Assembly: GCA_964016885.1 (NCBI GenBank)
Contig: CAXHJY010001171.1
Coordinates: 1-51,699, forward strand
Direction of reading: 5' to 3'
Source: Eledone cirrhosa
Lineage: Eukaryota
DNA length: 51,699 nt
Positions 38,941-51,699 of this stretch are shown piece by piece (positions within the stretch are counted from its first letter, which is position 1; each line of letters opens with the position of its first letter). The notes beneath the pieces are model-generated. The model did no database searches and was not told the origin of the DNA. It saw only the letters and a program-made list of their open reading frames with translations. The position numbers were made by a program, and so were the translations under genes.

Positions 38941-39359
38941 TCATCATCATCATCATCATTTTATTATATTACAGTTCAGCAAACAAAATAATTGTTATTT
39001 TTCCATCAAAACTAAATGTTGTTTTCAAAAGTTAATTAAATAGAACATTACAAGAGTAAACATTTCTAAACATGAAGAAATTTCTTTTCATTTTTTTTTT
39101 TTCACACAAAAATGGAAAAACAAGAAAAGAGAAAAAAAAATATAAATAAAACTGAAATTTACTGCAGAAAAAATTAGAACCACCAGCAGTTTTAATTTTA
39201 TGAAACAAAACACACACGCATATATATATATAATAATATATATATAATATAATATAATACTATATATATATATATGAACCTACAGTAACTCCAAGTTACA
39301 CTCCCTGGATATATATATATATATATATACATTATATATATTATATATATATAATATAT

Positions 39360-39393
<34 letters not shown>

Positions 39394-39447
39394 AATATAA
39401 TATATATATATATAATATATATAAATATAATATATATATATATAATA

Positions 39448-39499
<52 letters not shown>

Positions 39500-39521
39500 A
39501 ATATAATATATATATATAATA

Positions 39522-39569
<48 letters not shown>

Positions 39570-39894
39570 TGGTTTTTAAATATTTGTTTTTTAATTATGA
39601 AAGAGGAAGAACAGTTGCTGTATTTATTTAAAAAAACAAAACAAAGAAACAGCAGCAATATAAATCAGATGTTTTTGAATAGGAACAAAAAGAATGAATA
39701 TATATATATATATATATATAGTTATATTTAAATAATTCTGCCTCTAAAGACGTACCAAACATGTTGGTGATACACCAACCAATAGAAGCCATGAGGTGGT
39801 GAAGCAGTTTTATTGACAAAAAAAAACAAACTGACAATCAAGTGAAGTGAGGCTAAAAATTAAAAAAAGAAAAGGTATAAGAATAAATGTAATT

Positions 39895-40249
39895 TAGTTG
39901 GCACAAGGCCAGCAATTTGAGGTGGGATTTGAACTCAGAACAAAGAATCAGACAAAATATCTTAAAAGCCATTTCGTCTGATTCCTTAACAATTCTGCCT
40001 ATACACTGTTCTCAATAACAACAATAACAATGGTTTCAGATTTAGGTACATGGCCAGTAATTTGGGGGGAGGGGAAAATTTGATTAAATCAACTCCAGTA
40101 CATTACTGGTACTTTGTTTTATGGACCCCGGAAGGATGAAAAGTAAAGCTAACCGTGACAGGATTTGAACTCAGAACATAAAGGGTCATAACTTTATGTC
40201 ACAAAGCAGGGTGTCTGGTGCTCTACCAATTACTGCCAATCCACCACCC

Positions 40250-40292
<43 letters not shown>

Positions 40293-40680
40293 TTTATGTA
40301 ATGTGTTGAATGGAGGTCATGCAGGTACTTGAAGCAATAAAGAATAGCCTGTTAGAGGTCAGAAGATGAGGAAAATATGAACCTTTCAATAGAAAAGACA
40401 AAGATGAGAAGAGTGGGGAGATTAGCAGAAACACACCACCCCCACCTCATAGGTTATCTTTCAGTTAACGTCTCAGTAATAATAATTGTTTCTACTTTTG
40501 GCACAAGGCCAGCAATTACCCAGTACATTACTGGTACTTTATTTTATCGACCCCCGTAAGGATGAAAGGTAAAGTTAACCTCGGCGAGATTTGAACTCAG
40601 ATCATAAAGGGAGGTAACTCTATGCTTCAAAGCATGGCGTCCGACCCTCTTCCGATACTGCCGTCTCAATAATAATTGTT
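39895..40680 (-). mobile_element. Cluster of three SINE copies (second family)
   Basis: ggcacaaggccagcaatt...gatttgaactcaga at about 39900, 40045 and 40500; last copy flanked by duplicated cgtctca..taataattgtttcta. Confidence 0.8.
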
Positions 40681-40812
40681 TCTATTTTTGAATAATAATA
40701 CAGTGCTACAAATACAGAGGTCATGGTCATAGTGCATGTGTTGGAGAGAGGGGGGAATAAATCAACACATTTTATCCTTGATTGAAAAATTCAACCAAGG
40801 AATTGATACCAA

Positions 40813-41548
40813 CAGATAGAATCAACAATAGAAAGACCAATAGAAACATTATTTCCTTGGTCTGATCTGATGATCAGCTCCTTTCTACTGCCAGTAGTTG
40901 TGACTGACAGATAGTATCAGTAATGGAAAGACCAATAGAAACATTGTTTCCTTGGTCTGATCTGATGATCAGCTCCTTTCTTCTGTCAGGAGTTGTGACT
41001 GACAGATAGTATCAGTAATGGAAAGACCAATAGAAACATTGTTTCCTTGGTCTGATCTGATGATCAGCTCCTTTCTTCTGTCAGGAGTTGTGACTGACAG
41101 ATAGTATCAGAAATGGAAAGACCAATAGAAACATTGTTTCCTTGGTCTGATCTGATGATCAGCTCCTTTCTTCTGTCAGGAGTTGTGACTGACAGATAGT
41201 ATCAGTAATGGAAAGACCAATAGAAACATTGTTTCCTTGGTCTGATCTGATGATCAGCTCCTTTCTTCTGTCAGGAGTTGTGACTGACAGATAGTATCAG
41301 TAATAGAAAGATCTATAGAAACATTGTTTCTTTGGTCTGATCTGATGATCAGCTCCTTTCTTCTGTCAGGAGTTGTGACTGACAGATAGTATCAACAATA
41401 GAAAGACCAATAGAAACATTGTTTCTTTGGTCTGATCTGATGATCAGCTCCTTTCTTCTGCCAGGAGTTGTGACTGACAGATAGTATCAGTAATAGAAAG
41501 ACCAAGGGAAACATTGTTTCATTGGTCTGATCTGATGATCAGCTCCTT
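40813..41548. repeat. 95-bp minisatellite, about 7.7 copies, SINE-tail derived
   Basis: gaaagaccaa recurs every 95 bp from 40831 to 41496; matches reverse complement of 37312-37403. Confidence 0.95.
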
Positions 41549-42244
41549 AACCTTTTTTGTTTACCTCAAATTATCTCTAGTGTCATCTTAAGGAAAGGCT
41601 TTTTACTACATTTATACCTTTTTCTCTCTTCTAAACCTGCTAAATTATACCTGCACACACGTGTGTGTTTATGTGTGTAAGTCATACCTCAATTCTCCAT
41701 ACAATATTTACAATGTAAGATATATGCTGAGGTTAGGTGAAGGAGATAAGTGACACGCTGGTTTCTTTTGTAGAAAATAGTTAAGTTTATACACAGATAT
41801 ATGCATGGGTATATACAGTAATGGTTAAACACAAGTATATACAGTAATGGTGTTGCTTATACAAGGGTATAGGCAGTAATGGTGTAGCCCATATATGGAT
41901 ATATGCAGTTATGCTTCAACATATACATGGGTATATACAGTAATGGAGCAGGTTATACATGAGTATATACAGTAATGGTGTAGCTTATACAAGGGTATAT
42001 ACATTAATTAATATATCTAAAATATTCAATGATAACAATGTTTGTAACATTGGCACAATGCCTAACGTTTGGAGGAAGGTGCCAGTTGAAAAAAATCAAC
42101 CCAATTGAATGACACCTTATATTTTGGCTTCCAGAAGGATGTAAAGCAAAGTCAATCTTTGTTGAATTTCCACTCAGACCATAAAAAAGCATAGTTTTTG
42201 CATCTGACACTCAAATGATTCCACCAATTATTATTACGGTCAAT

Positions 42245-42447
42245 TGGCATAGTTGCTAAAGTCTCGGAACAAGTACTTTGCACTATTTGTTCAGGCTGTT
42301 TATGTTCTGAGTTCAAATCCTGCCAAGGTTAGCTTTCCCTTGCATCCTTACGGGGTCGATAAAATAAAGTACCAGTAACACACTGGGGTTAATATAATCA
42401 ACTTTCTCTTCCCACAAAATTGTTGGCCTTGTGTCTAATTCAGAAAC

Positions 42448-42450
<3 letters not shown>
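42245..42450 (+). mobile_element. SINE (second family) with (ATT)n tail
   Basis: gagttcaaatcc, catccttacggggtcgataaaataaagtacc. Confidence 0.8.
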
Positions 42451-42478
<28 letters not shown>

Positions 42479-42756
42479 GATGCTAATGATGATTGTTATT
42501 GCTGTGGCAAGCTCCATAGAATAAAATATGATTTTAATTCCCCAACCTTTTCAAATTCTGCTACTAATATCACCTTGTGCTTAGTTAAACCCATGAATTA
42601 ACATTTTAAAATTCTTGAATAAATTAACTTTGAAAGTCATAGGAGCACATTGGCACTTGGAAAATTTGTAGAGAGAAAAGTATATATATATTTGGTAGGC
42701 AATTCAATTCAAGCACTCAATGTCATATTACTTTATTCAAAATAAGGATGATGGAG

Positions 42757-43074
42757 TATATTTAGAAAGAGGAAAATATGAAGTTGTAGATGTTAGGGTC
42801 CTTTATTAATTGAGCTGTTATACATATTTCCATGACGATAGAAAGCAAAGTTGAGTAAAAGATAAGATTTCTGAGGATATTATCGGTGGAAGGAAGCAGT
42901 CAACCAAAGCAAAAGCATAAGTTTTTTTAGTCCGCTTCCTTCCACCCATAATATCCTCAGAAATCTTACCTTTTACTCAACTTTGCTTTCTATCGTCATG
43001 GAAATATGTATAACGGCTCAATTAATAAAGGACCCTAACATCTACAACTTCATATTTTCCTCTTTCTAAATATA
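42757..43074. repeat. Fold-back, 141-bp arms, 36-nt spacer (family F)
   Basis: Arms 42757-42897 and 42934-43074; each carries the HHR 3' half GAAA tatgta TA ac(a/g)gc. Confidence 0.9.
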
Positions 43075-43548
43075 TATATATATTATAAAGAGTTGGGACC
43101 CGAAGGCTGAGCTCTTGCCGTTTCAACAGCTAGTTCCAGACTGTTTGCCGAAAGGCTACATGGTTGATGCATATATAATCATCATCATCATCATCATCGT
43201 TTAACGTCCATTTTTCCACGCTAGCATGGGTTAGACAAGTTGTCCTGATGTGAGACAAGCCAGATCAGATGACCATGTCTTGCTCATACAGAACTGATAC
43301 ATATATATATGAGAATCAGCTGAAAAGTTAATAGACTGACTAAGATATTCTCATGGAATGACCAAATGAGGTTCCTGGAAAGAAACAATGCAGTTATTAA
43401 AAACAGTTGAAATTAATGCACGCAAGATTTCACAGCTCTAGCATAACTCCTTCATAGTCAGCCTATGACTTTTCAACCAACACTTGTGTACGTGTAAATC
43501 ATCATCATCATCGTTTAATGTCTATCTTCCACGTTAGCATGGATTTAG

Positions 43549-43603
<55 letters not shown>

Positions 43604-43895
43604 CATGACTGAACAAGAGTTGATTGTATTACAATGCTTGGTATATATCAGATAGCCAAACAAGATGGAAAGCAAAGCTTGTTGGCAAGATTGGAACTCT
43701 GACTTGCAGAGAGAAGGACAAAACATGGCTGTTTCTATCTTGGCACTGAGAATACAAGAATAATTTCAGTAATGGAAACAGAAACCATACATCTCAATGG
43801 CAGGAAAACCAGATATCACAGGTCAGAAAAATATGATTCAATTATATTTTTATCACACTATGTATATTTTGTCAAAATTTTACTTCAAAGAGCTT

Positions 43896-44174
43896 TAACC
43901 CTTTCATGACCACATTTCTAATGAAATACAATTTATTTTAATTAATTATTTCATTACTTAAATAGTAACTTAATGTAAGGTTCTTATATAAAATTATGCT
44001 GAAAGAGTTTAGTATAAATTGGAAACTTTTAAAGTGGGTGGTTTTATTTGATAGAACCAGAGCTGGTTTTGGCTGGGTTGGTAACTAAAGGATTAAATAG
44101 GAACTCTTTATAATGGGTGGTTTTATTTGTTAGAACCCGAGCTGGTTTTGGCTGGGTTGGTAACTAAAGGGTTA
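43896..44174. mobile_element. Possible piggyBac-type MITE
   Basis: ttaacccttt...aaagggttag termini; internal about 77-bp duplication; similar termini at 28977-28987 and 45427. Confidence 0.35.
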
Positions 44175-44736
44175 GTCCAGCAATTACTTTAACTACTAAA
44201 AAAAAGTTGGTATTTATCTTGTTTTCCTTCGAAATACAGGGGACAAAAAGGTTAAAACACTGATAGAGATGTGCCCCCAAGAAAGACGGTCATTCATACA
44301 TGAGAAAGATTGAATATGACTTGTATTTCACAACCAGTAAAAAAAAAACATTAAAAAAAACACATCCAGTGTAACCAGACAACTGGGAAAACTGTTTAGA
44401 ACAAAAAGGATTTTAAAAATATATAATATGTGTGCATACATGTAATAAATACATACATATGTATATAAATGTGTATACATAATATATATGATATAAATAC
44501 ATATAATAAATACATACATATGTATGTAAATGTGTATACATAATATATATGATATAAATACATGTAATATAAATATATGTAGCATATATATGTGTGTGTG
44601 TGTATGCATGTATATATATATATAATATCTGAAATGTTAAGACTCTTTTCCTACTATATCAAGCGTAAAATTAATAGCAAATTTCTTCATTGTACTGTGA
44701 CGTTTGCTTTGTTATTTCTGTTTGCCTTTTCCATCC

Positions 44737-44767
<31 letters not shown>

Positions 44768-44888
44768 ATATAAATATATATACATATATATAATAAATAT
44801 ATCTATATATATTATATATATACATAAAATATATATCGGGAGATATCTTACTTATGTAACAGTTCTAGTCCTGTACAAGTCATTTCTT

Positions 44889-44923
<35 letters not shown>

Positions 44924-45567
44924 GTATATATGTATGTGTGTGTGTGTGCGCATACATGTATATATATATATATTTATTTAATTAGAGAAAGTTGGTTGAT
45001 TTAAAATCTGCCGACTTTTCTATAACAGATGTCAAGCACTCAACAGTTTATGTTTATCTGGAGTTTTAGTATAATAATAAACAAGTAAGACGGTTACATT
45101 AATCGATCCCTATTTATTTTATTATGTTTATTCTTTTTTTTATAATATAGGGATGGCCTAACATAACTGTCTTAGTTGTTTATTATTATATATATATATA
45201 TAGTTAGTGGTAAGAAACTCTCAGGGGAGCTGGATAGCAGAAGTTCTTCAGAGAAGAAACCCCTTAACTTCTTACACTCTAAGGGGACCAGGCTGCACTC
45301 CTGGGTCCCATTCTGCTGACATTTAGCCATCCAGATATCGGAGACTTGTATATACAGTGTATAGAGATGTTATTGACATGATCTAGCTGGAACTCCTCTC
45401 TGTTGCTTCTCCTTTCAAACTTATATTTAACCCTTTACCATTTAAACCAGCCGTATCTAGCCAGAATTCTCTCACCTCTTTCTGCTCAAATCAGCCATAA
45501 CTGGCCACTCATACTGATGTTAATGTATTGTTCTCAAAATAAATAATATCAAAATCATGTAGATTTG

Positions 45568-45920
45568 ATATTATGTGAGGTAAGGTGTTTACTGTGAAAA
45601 TACAATAGTATATATAGAGTAATGTAAATGTTATGTAAGATATTGTGTGAGGTAAAGCCTTTACTGTGAAAATACAATAGTATATATAGAGTAATGTAAA
45701 TGTTATGCGAGATATTATGTGAGGTAAAGTCTTTACTGTGAAAATACAATAGTATATATAGAGTATGTAAATGTTATGTGAGGTATTATGTGAGGTAAAG
45801 ACTTTACTGTGAAAATACAATAGTATATATAGAGTATGTAAATGTTATGCGAGTTATTATGTGAGGTAAAGCCTTTACTGTAAAAATACAATAGTATATA
45901 TAGTAAATATAATGTAAATG
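45568..45920. repeat. About 72-bp minisatellite, about 5 copies
   Basis: attatgtgaggtaaag..tttactgtgaaaatacaatagtatatatagag repeated. Confidence 0.92.
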
Positions 45921-45996
45921 CTTTCTTGAATTTGGCAAAATAAAGTTTATAGTCTTAGTAGCAGTGAGATATATATAATTCCTATGTAACACACAG

Positions 45997-46030
<34 letters not shown>

Positions 46031-46094
46031 GTATATGTATATATATACATATGTATATATATATATATATGTACATATATATATATATATGTAC

Positions 46095-46160
<66 letters not shown>

Positions 46161-46359
46161 GTGTGTATATATGTATAAATAAATATACACGGGTGTGTAT
46201 GATTGTGTATAGAAGATTATATTAATAAAAGGAATTCCAACTTTGCCTGATTTACTCGTTTTATTTACAATCCTTTAAAAAGTACTTTAGGTTCATGTTC
46301 AGTGGTGACAGTCAAGTTTGCAATTTTATATATATATATGTGTAACATAAGATAATTAT

Positions 46360-46417
46360 TTCATTTACCAGTGGTTTCTTGAAAGCAGATATACCTGTTT
46401 TCAATCGTCAGAATGAA
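46360..46417 (-). ncRNA. Type I hammerhead ribozyme (left arm of palindrome)
   Basis: Minus strand: ttcatt CTGACGA ttgaaaacag gtatat ctgctttcaa GAAA cca c tgg TA aatgaa. Confidence 0.85.
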
Positions 46418-46620
46418 TAAAACATGGTGTTTTTATTAAATATGGATTTGAAAACAAAATATAAGAAATATGAAAGTGAGGCTGAGGAAACAACGGGCGA
46501 AGAAGAAGAAAAAGAATCATATTCTTTTTCTTCTTCTTCGCCCGTTGTTTCCTCAGCCTCACTTTCATATTTCTTATATTTTGTTTTCAAATCCATATTT
46601 AATAAAAACACCATGTTTTA

Positions 46621-46678
46621 TTCATTCTGACGACTGAAAACAGGTATATCTGCTTTCAAGAAACCACTGGTAAATGAA
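46621..46678 (+). ncRNA. Type I hammerhead ribozyme (right arm of palindrome)
   Basis: ttcatt CTGACGA ctgaaaacag gtatat ctgctttcaa GAAA cca c tgg TA aatgaa. Confidence 0.85.
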
Positions 46679-46789
46679 ATAATTATCTTATGTTGTTTAT
46701 TACATAACTATTAAGCTCTGTAGCCTACATAGAGCACTCTTTTTTCCTGTACCTTTCTGACGGAATTACTTCACCTACATATATGTGTG

Positions 46790-46841
<52 letters not shown>

Positions 46842-46927
46842 TTATATATGTATATATATATGTATCCGATGTAGTTAAAAAAGCTACTCAATATGTTGGT
46901 AGAATATAGGCATCTTCATTATATATC

Positions 46928-46994
46928 AAAATGACTTCTACATAGTGATAATTTCATATGAATGAAACAGTTCTAGTCCTGTAGAAGTCATTTC
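46928..46994 (+). ncRNA. Family C fold-back with decayed or truncated HHR
   Basis: aaatgacttctaca tag TGATAA t ttc atat gaa t GAAA cagttctag TC ctgtagaagtcattt. Confidence 0.45.
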
Positions 46995-48283
46995 TATATA
47001 TAATAAATATCATCATCATCATCATCATATATATATATATATATTAGCCATACAATATGTATAGTAGTTATATAATTCCTAAATAACATATATATAATAA
47101 ATATATGGTATGATGTTGTAACTGTTGATGGAGCTATAGGGGGACTGTAGTGACAGCGTTTCTAGGGCATGTGAAAACCTGGTGGAGCGCATCCCTCTCC
47201 AGGATATATATATATATAATATAATATACGCACGCACATACTTGTGAACACAACACAGACATACATACACACTAATACGTATGTGGACCTGCTCACACAC
47301 TCATTAGTATGTATGGGTGCAAGCAATCAAGCAAAACCTTGAGGAAACGCCTGCACGAAGCATGCACACACTCATATAACAGCATACACATGCAAGCACA
47401 CCCACACACGTGTGTGTGTGTAAAAGTATATAAATATATATCCAATCTGATAAAATTAGTTTTTTTTCTGATCAATGCTGGAGTCGGGTCTGTAGTACAA
47501 ATATGGACCTTGAGCCATCCATCTGTGAAACATATGAAACTGTCACAATATTAATATTTATGTACACTCTGCTTTAGTATTGAGTACTAATATTGGTACC
47601 ACCTCTAGTAACCCACAAAACTACTGAATCATCTAAAGATTTTTCTTCTTTCCGAAGTTGAGTACCATGGAGTGGTTTTCTTACACCTCAATTAAAGGAC
47701 ATGCCCATACCGGAAGACACCTACTTAAAGATGATCATACAGAAAATGGACAGATGAGGTGGCCTACAAACCACTTCAAGTGGGGAGGGGGCACAACAGC
47801 AGCAGTACTACATCTAACTTGAAACGTATGCAGATGAGGAAGAACTTCAGTTACCAAAAATAGAGCTGACTGAGGAAGCAAGAGTGATAACAGACTACAG
47901 AAAATAGCATCTAACAGTCACTGATGTAGGCTGCTACCACTGTTGTTATGACTACCTCATACTACTACACCACACATATATAAATACAAATCAGTATGTT
48001 GAAAAAAATCCTAGTGTTATAAATTGCCACTTTTCCCTTCGTATTCTCTACACCTAGATGTTGGTGATGTTGTCGCTGTAGCAAATGAACGACCAATCTA
48101 GTACACCTGACCTTGAACAATCCCTTTAACTGCACACACAAACACACACACACGGGTGCCAACAAGCAAAACCTTGACCACGCGCCAATGCTCACATTCA
48201 CACTCATATAACATCAAACCTGTACAAGCACACCCACGTTAAATGCTGTATGTGTGTGTATATATATATAATAAACAAAAAGA

Positions 48284-48352
48284 GACGGCTTTAAGTGTAC
48301 ATCGTCTGTTTATTGTATAATAAACAGAGGATGTACATTTAAAACCATCTCT
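48284..48352. repeat. Hairpin at the start of a family G-like tail
   Basis: gagacgg...gtttat tgtata ataaac...ccatctc; downstream sequence resembles 37690-37830. Confidence 0.65.
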
Positions 48353-48547
48353 CTTCTTTACAATATTAACACGTCTCATACCTTATTGATAATACTTTAA
48401 GGAATACAAGTCATTGCATGCTTTATGCCTGTTAATGACCAAAGTCAGTGGACCGATCAACCAACGCTGGAAGCAGATTTAACTTAAATCTGCTCTCCAA
48501 ACAAACACAGTCTATCCAATTGCTTTTTATGTCTCTAATAGGGTTAC

Positions 48548-48588
48548 TCCCTTGACAAAGGGTTTTTAAACCCGAAAATATTTAGGAT
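48548..48588 (+). ncRNA. Candidate minimal hammerhead, U3-A8 variant
   Basis: tccc TTGACAA a gggttt tt aaaccc GAAA atatt TA gga; weak stem I. Confidence 0.45.
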
Positions 48589-48748
48589 TTTAAAATTTGC
48601 TAAGGTAAGATTCTTTTGTTATCTTGGCAATTTAACATTCTTCATACGCATTGTTTTGGTTTTTGAAATTTTAATTTGTTTCATATATATATGATCTGAT
48701 ACTAGATGCCCTCAGATAACATTTTGTTTTTTTCTTTGATTAACAAGT

Positions 48749-48831
48749 GTGATGAGCAGATTGATGCTAGAGTCAGATTTATAACACAAATATTGACCTT
48801 GAGCCAATCATTTGTGAAACATTTGTAACAG
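48749..48831 (+). ncRNA. 5'-truncated hammerhead with long stem II
   Basis: gTGATGA gcaga...tttgt GAAA catttg TA acag; decayed relative at 47475-47545. Confidence 0.5.
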
Positions 48832-48949
48832 TTTTTAATCAATAAAAACATCCATGTGAAACGTTGTTATGTTATTCTTAATATATAATTGTTGTTAAAT
48901 GAGATCTTAAATGACATGTGAGCCCTGAAAGCTGTTTCAAGATCTGACC

Positions 48950-49800
48950 ACAAATACTGCTGCAATGTCAGCATAGGCTCCATTTTCCACTTGTTTCTTG
49001 TTTAATTGCCACTTCAATCCTCCACATGACTTGCAGGTTTTTTGTCAAGCATGGCATTGAAACTGGTCATCCTGAATGAAATTCCAATAATTCATGTGTG
49101 CTTTACCCACGTGGACATGTTGGTGCAATCTCAGACTAGTGTGAGATATGAATATTTTTATACATAAGGATCATTTAAAGAAACAACGAAAAGATATTGC
49201 TCTTAATCTCATTTCTATGCACTTTTCTTTTCATGTCAGCCTGCTTAACTGTGTCAAGCTGAAAATCCTTACCACCGTTCCAAATCATAGTTCACCATGC
49301 TTCCCTATCTGCCACAAGTGATTCAAGACTTTTCTAACATAATTTAAGACATTTCAAATTTGATTTTAAAGAGTCTTTGTATCTTTTCTTTGGCTTACTA
49401 TTTTTTCTGTTACCCACATAAGCTCACTATATAACATTTGCTTGGGAGTGTGCTCATCATCTATATGGAATGGTCTGTCCATTGTAGTTGATTCCTAATA
49501 AGTTTGGCATGGATTGATGTGATCCGAGCTTCAGTGAGAACTTCGGTGTCAGTAAGGACCAGCTAATTCTAAACATGTGGTGGAGGTATTTCTAGTGAAA
49601 TCCTTCCCACATTTTCACATGACGCCTGTATATTGTCCAAGTTTTAGAATTCAGAAATAACAAATGAGACATATACCTTGATCTTAGAGTCAGCTATAAT
49701 ATGGCACTGTGACCAGACTTTAGATTCTGGGCTGCCAAAGGCTTTTGCTGCTGTTAGAATGTGAGAACTGATTTCCATGTCTAAATTTGTTCTGCAGGGG
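48950..49800 (-). mobile_element. Old RTE (BovB-like) LINE 3' fragment
   Basis: Minus strand DDEHTPKQMLYSEL...KRYKD followed by Cys-rich remnants; heavily decayed. Confidence 0.55.
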
Positions 49801-49959
49801 CAACTTGATGAACAGTTTTTTTTTTCAAATTAATTGAGACCAAAAACATTACATATAGAATCAAATACACTAATTAGGTTCTGTAAACCTTGCTCAGCGT
49901 GATTAAGTCAGTCATCCCAAAGAGGTAAAGACTTTGGTTTTGAAGTTCAACAGATGGCA

Positions 49960-50028
49960 TCTATATACGATATATATATATACATACATATATATATTTA
50001 CATATATATATATATACATATATACATT

Positions 50029-50063
<35 letters not shown>

Positions 50064-50150
50064 TTACATATACATATATACATTTACATATATATATATA
50101 TATATATACATTTACATATATATATATATATATATATACACATTTACATA

Positions 50151-50182
<32 letters not shown>

Positions 50183-50279
50183 CATATACATATATACATA
50201 TACATATATATATATACATATACATATATATATACACATATACATATATACATATATATATATACATATACATATATAC

Positions 50280-50312
<33 letters not shown>

Positions 50313-50369
50313 CATATATATATACATATACATATATACATATATATATATATACATATATATATACAT

Positions 50370-50402
<33 letters not shown>

Positions 50403-50549
50403 TATATATATACACACACATATATACATATATATATATATATACATATATATATACACACACATATATATATATATATAACACATATATATATATATAT
50501 ATATATACATATACATAAATATATACACACACAATATATATATACACAT

Positions 50550-50582
<33 letters not shown>

Positions 50583-51022
50583 CATATACATATATATATA
50601 TATACACATATATATATATATATATACACATATATATATATAGAAGATCCCGTTAAGGGTGAAAGCAGCGATTCTTTGCTTAAACTTTAATCTGTTATTT
50701 TAATAAATATATATATACATAAATATATATACATACATATATTCATATATATATACATACATATACATATATATGCATATATTCATATATATACATATAT
50801 GCATATACATATATATATATATACATACATATACATATACATATATACATATATATATATACATATACATATATACTATACATATATACATATATATATA
50901 TACATATATATATATACATATACATATATACATATATATATATACATATATATATATACATACATATATATATATACATACATATACATATATATATATA
51001 TATACATATAAATATATACATT

Positions 51023-51054
<32 letters not shown>

Positions 51055-51061
51055 CATATAC

Positions 51062-51094
<33 letters not shown>

Positions 51095-51115
51095 CATATA
51101 TATACATACATATAC

Positions 51116-51171
<56 letters not shown>

Positions 51172-51184
51172 CATATATATATAC

Positions 51185-51217
<33 letters not shown>

Positions 51218-51699
51218 CATATATACATATATATATATATATACATATATACATATACATATATACATATACAATATACATATACATATATACATATACA
51301 TATATACATATACATATATACATATATATACATATATATATATACATATATATACATATATATATATACATATATATATATACATATATATATACATATA
51401 TATATATACATATATATAATACATATATATATATACATATATATATATACATATATATATATACATATAATATATATACATATATATATATATAACATAT
51501 ATATATATACATATATATATATACATATATATATATACATATATATATATACATATATATATATATACATATATACATATACATATATACATATACATAT
51601 ATATATATATACATATACATATATATACATATATACATATATATACATACATATATATATACACATATATACATACATATATATATACATAAATACATA
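49960..51699. repeat. (TA)/(TACA) microsatellite with a 69-bp insert at 50642-50710
   Basis: Direct inspection. Confidence 0.97.

Larger units (their letters stand above)
46344..46694. repeat. Near-perfect palindrome, 174-bp arms, 3-nt spacer
   Basis: Arms 46344-46517 and 46521-46694; one mismatch seen (46404 vs 46634). Confidence 0.97.

Noticed and set aside
40813-41548. Hammerhead in the 95-bp satellite (CUGAUGA...GAAA gaccaa/ttggtc)
   Set aside because: Cleavage position is UG not UH, no single stem II closes the core, and the parent SINE tail has tttgacga and ccg at these positions
41806-42002. Loose about 30-bp repeats (tatatacagtaatgg)
   Set aside because: Degenerate simple tandem repeat with no further structure seen
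46408-46630. Mirror-image 68-aa ORFs on both strands
   Set aside because: Consequence of the palindrome; no coding evidence

Overview
AT-rich, microsatellite-dense animal genomic DNA, most likely a coleoid cephalopod such as octopus (inferred from SINE/RTE content, not verified). No intact host gene is visible, and most long ORFs in the track are (TA)n, (GTA)n or minisatellite artefacts. The window is a mosaic of decayed mobile elements: RTE LINEs (largest 22808-25065), a CR1-type LINE, a full-length DD37D (maT) Tc1/mariner transposon, a non-autonomous Helitron, tRNA-derived SINEs, several minisatellites, and three Penelope-like (GIY-YIG) retroelement remnants. The main hidden signal is RNA structure. 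By eye I find about 10 complete or near-complete type I hammerhead ribozyme (HHR) motifs and about 10 truncated or decayed ones, from many unrelated sequence families. They lie at the 3' ends of the Penelope-like elements or in short non-coding fold-back inserts within (TA)n tracts. Examples include a 351-bp palindrome carrying two opposed hammerheads and U3-A8 compensated core variants. All folds were assigned by eye and none is shown to cleave.
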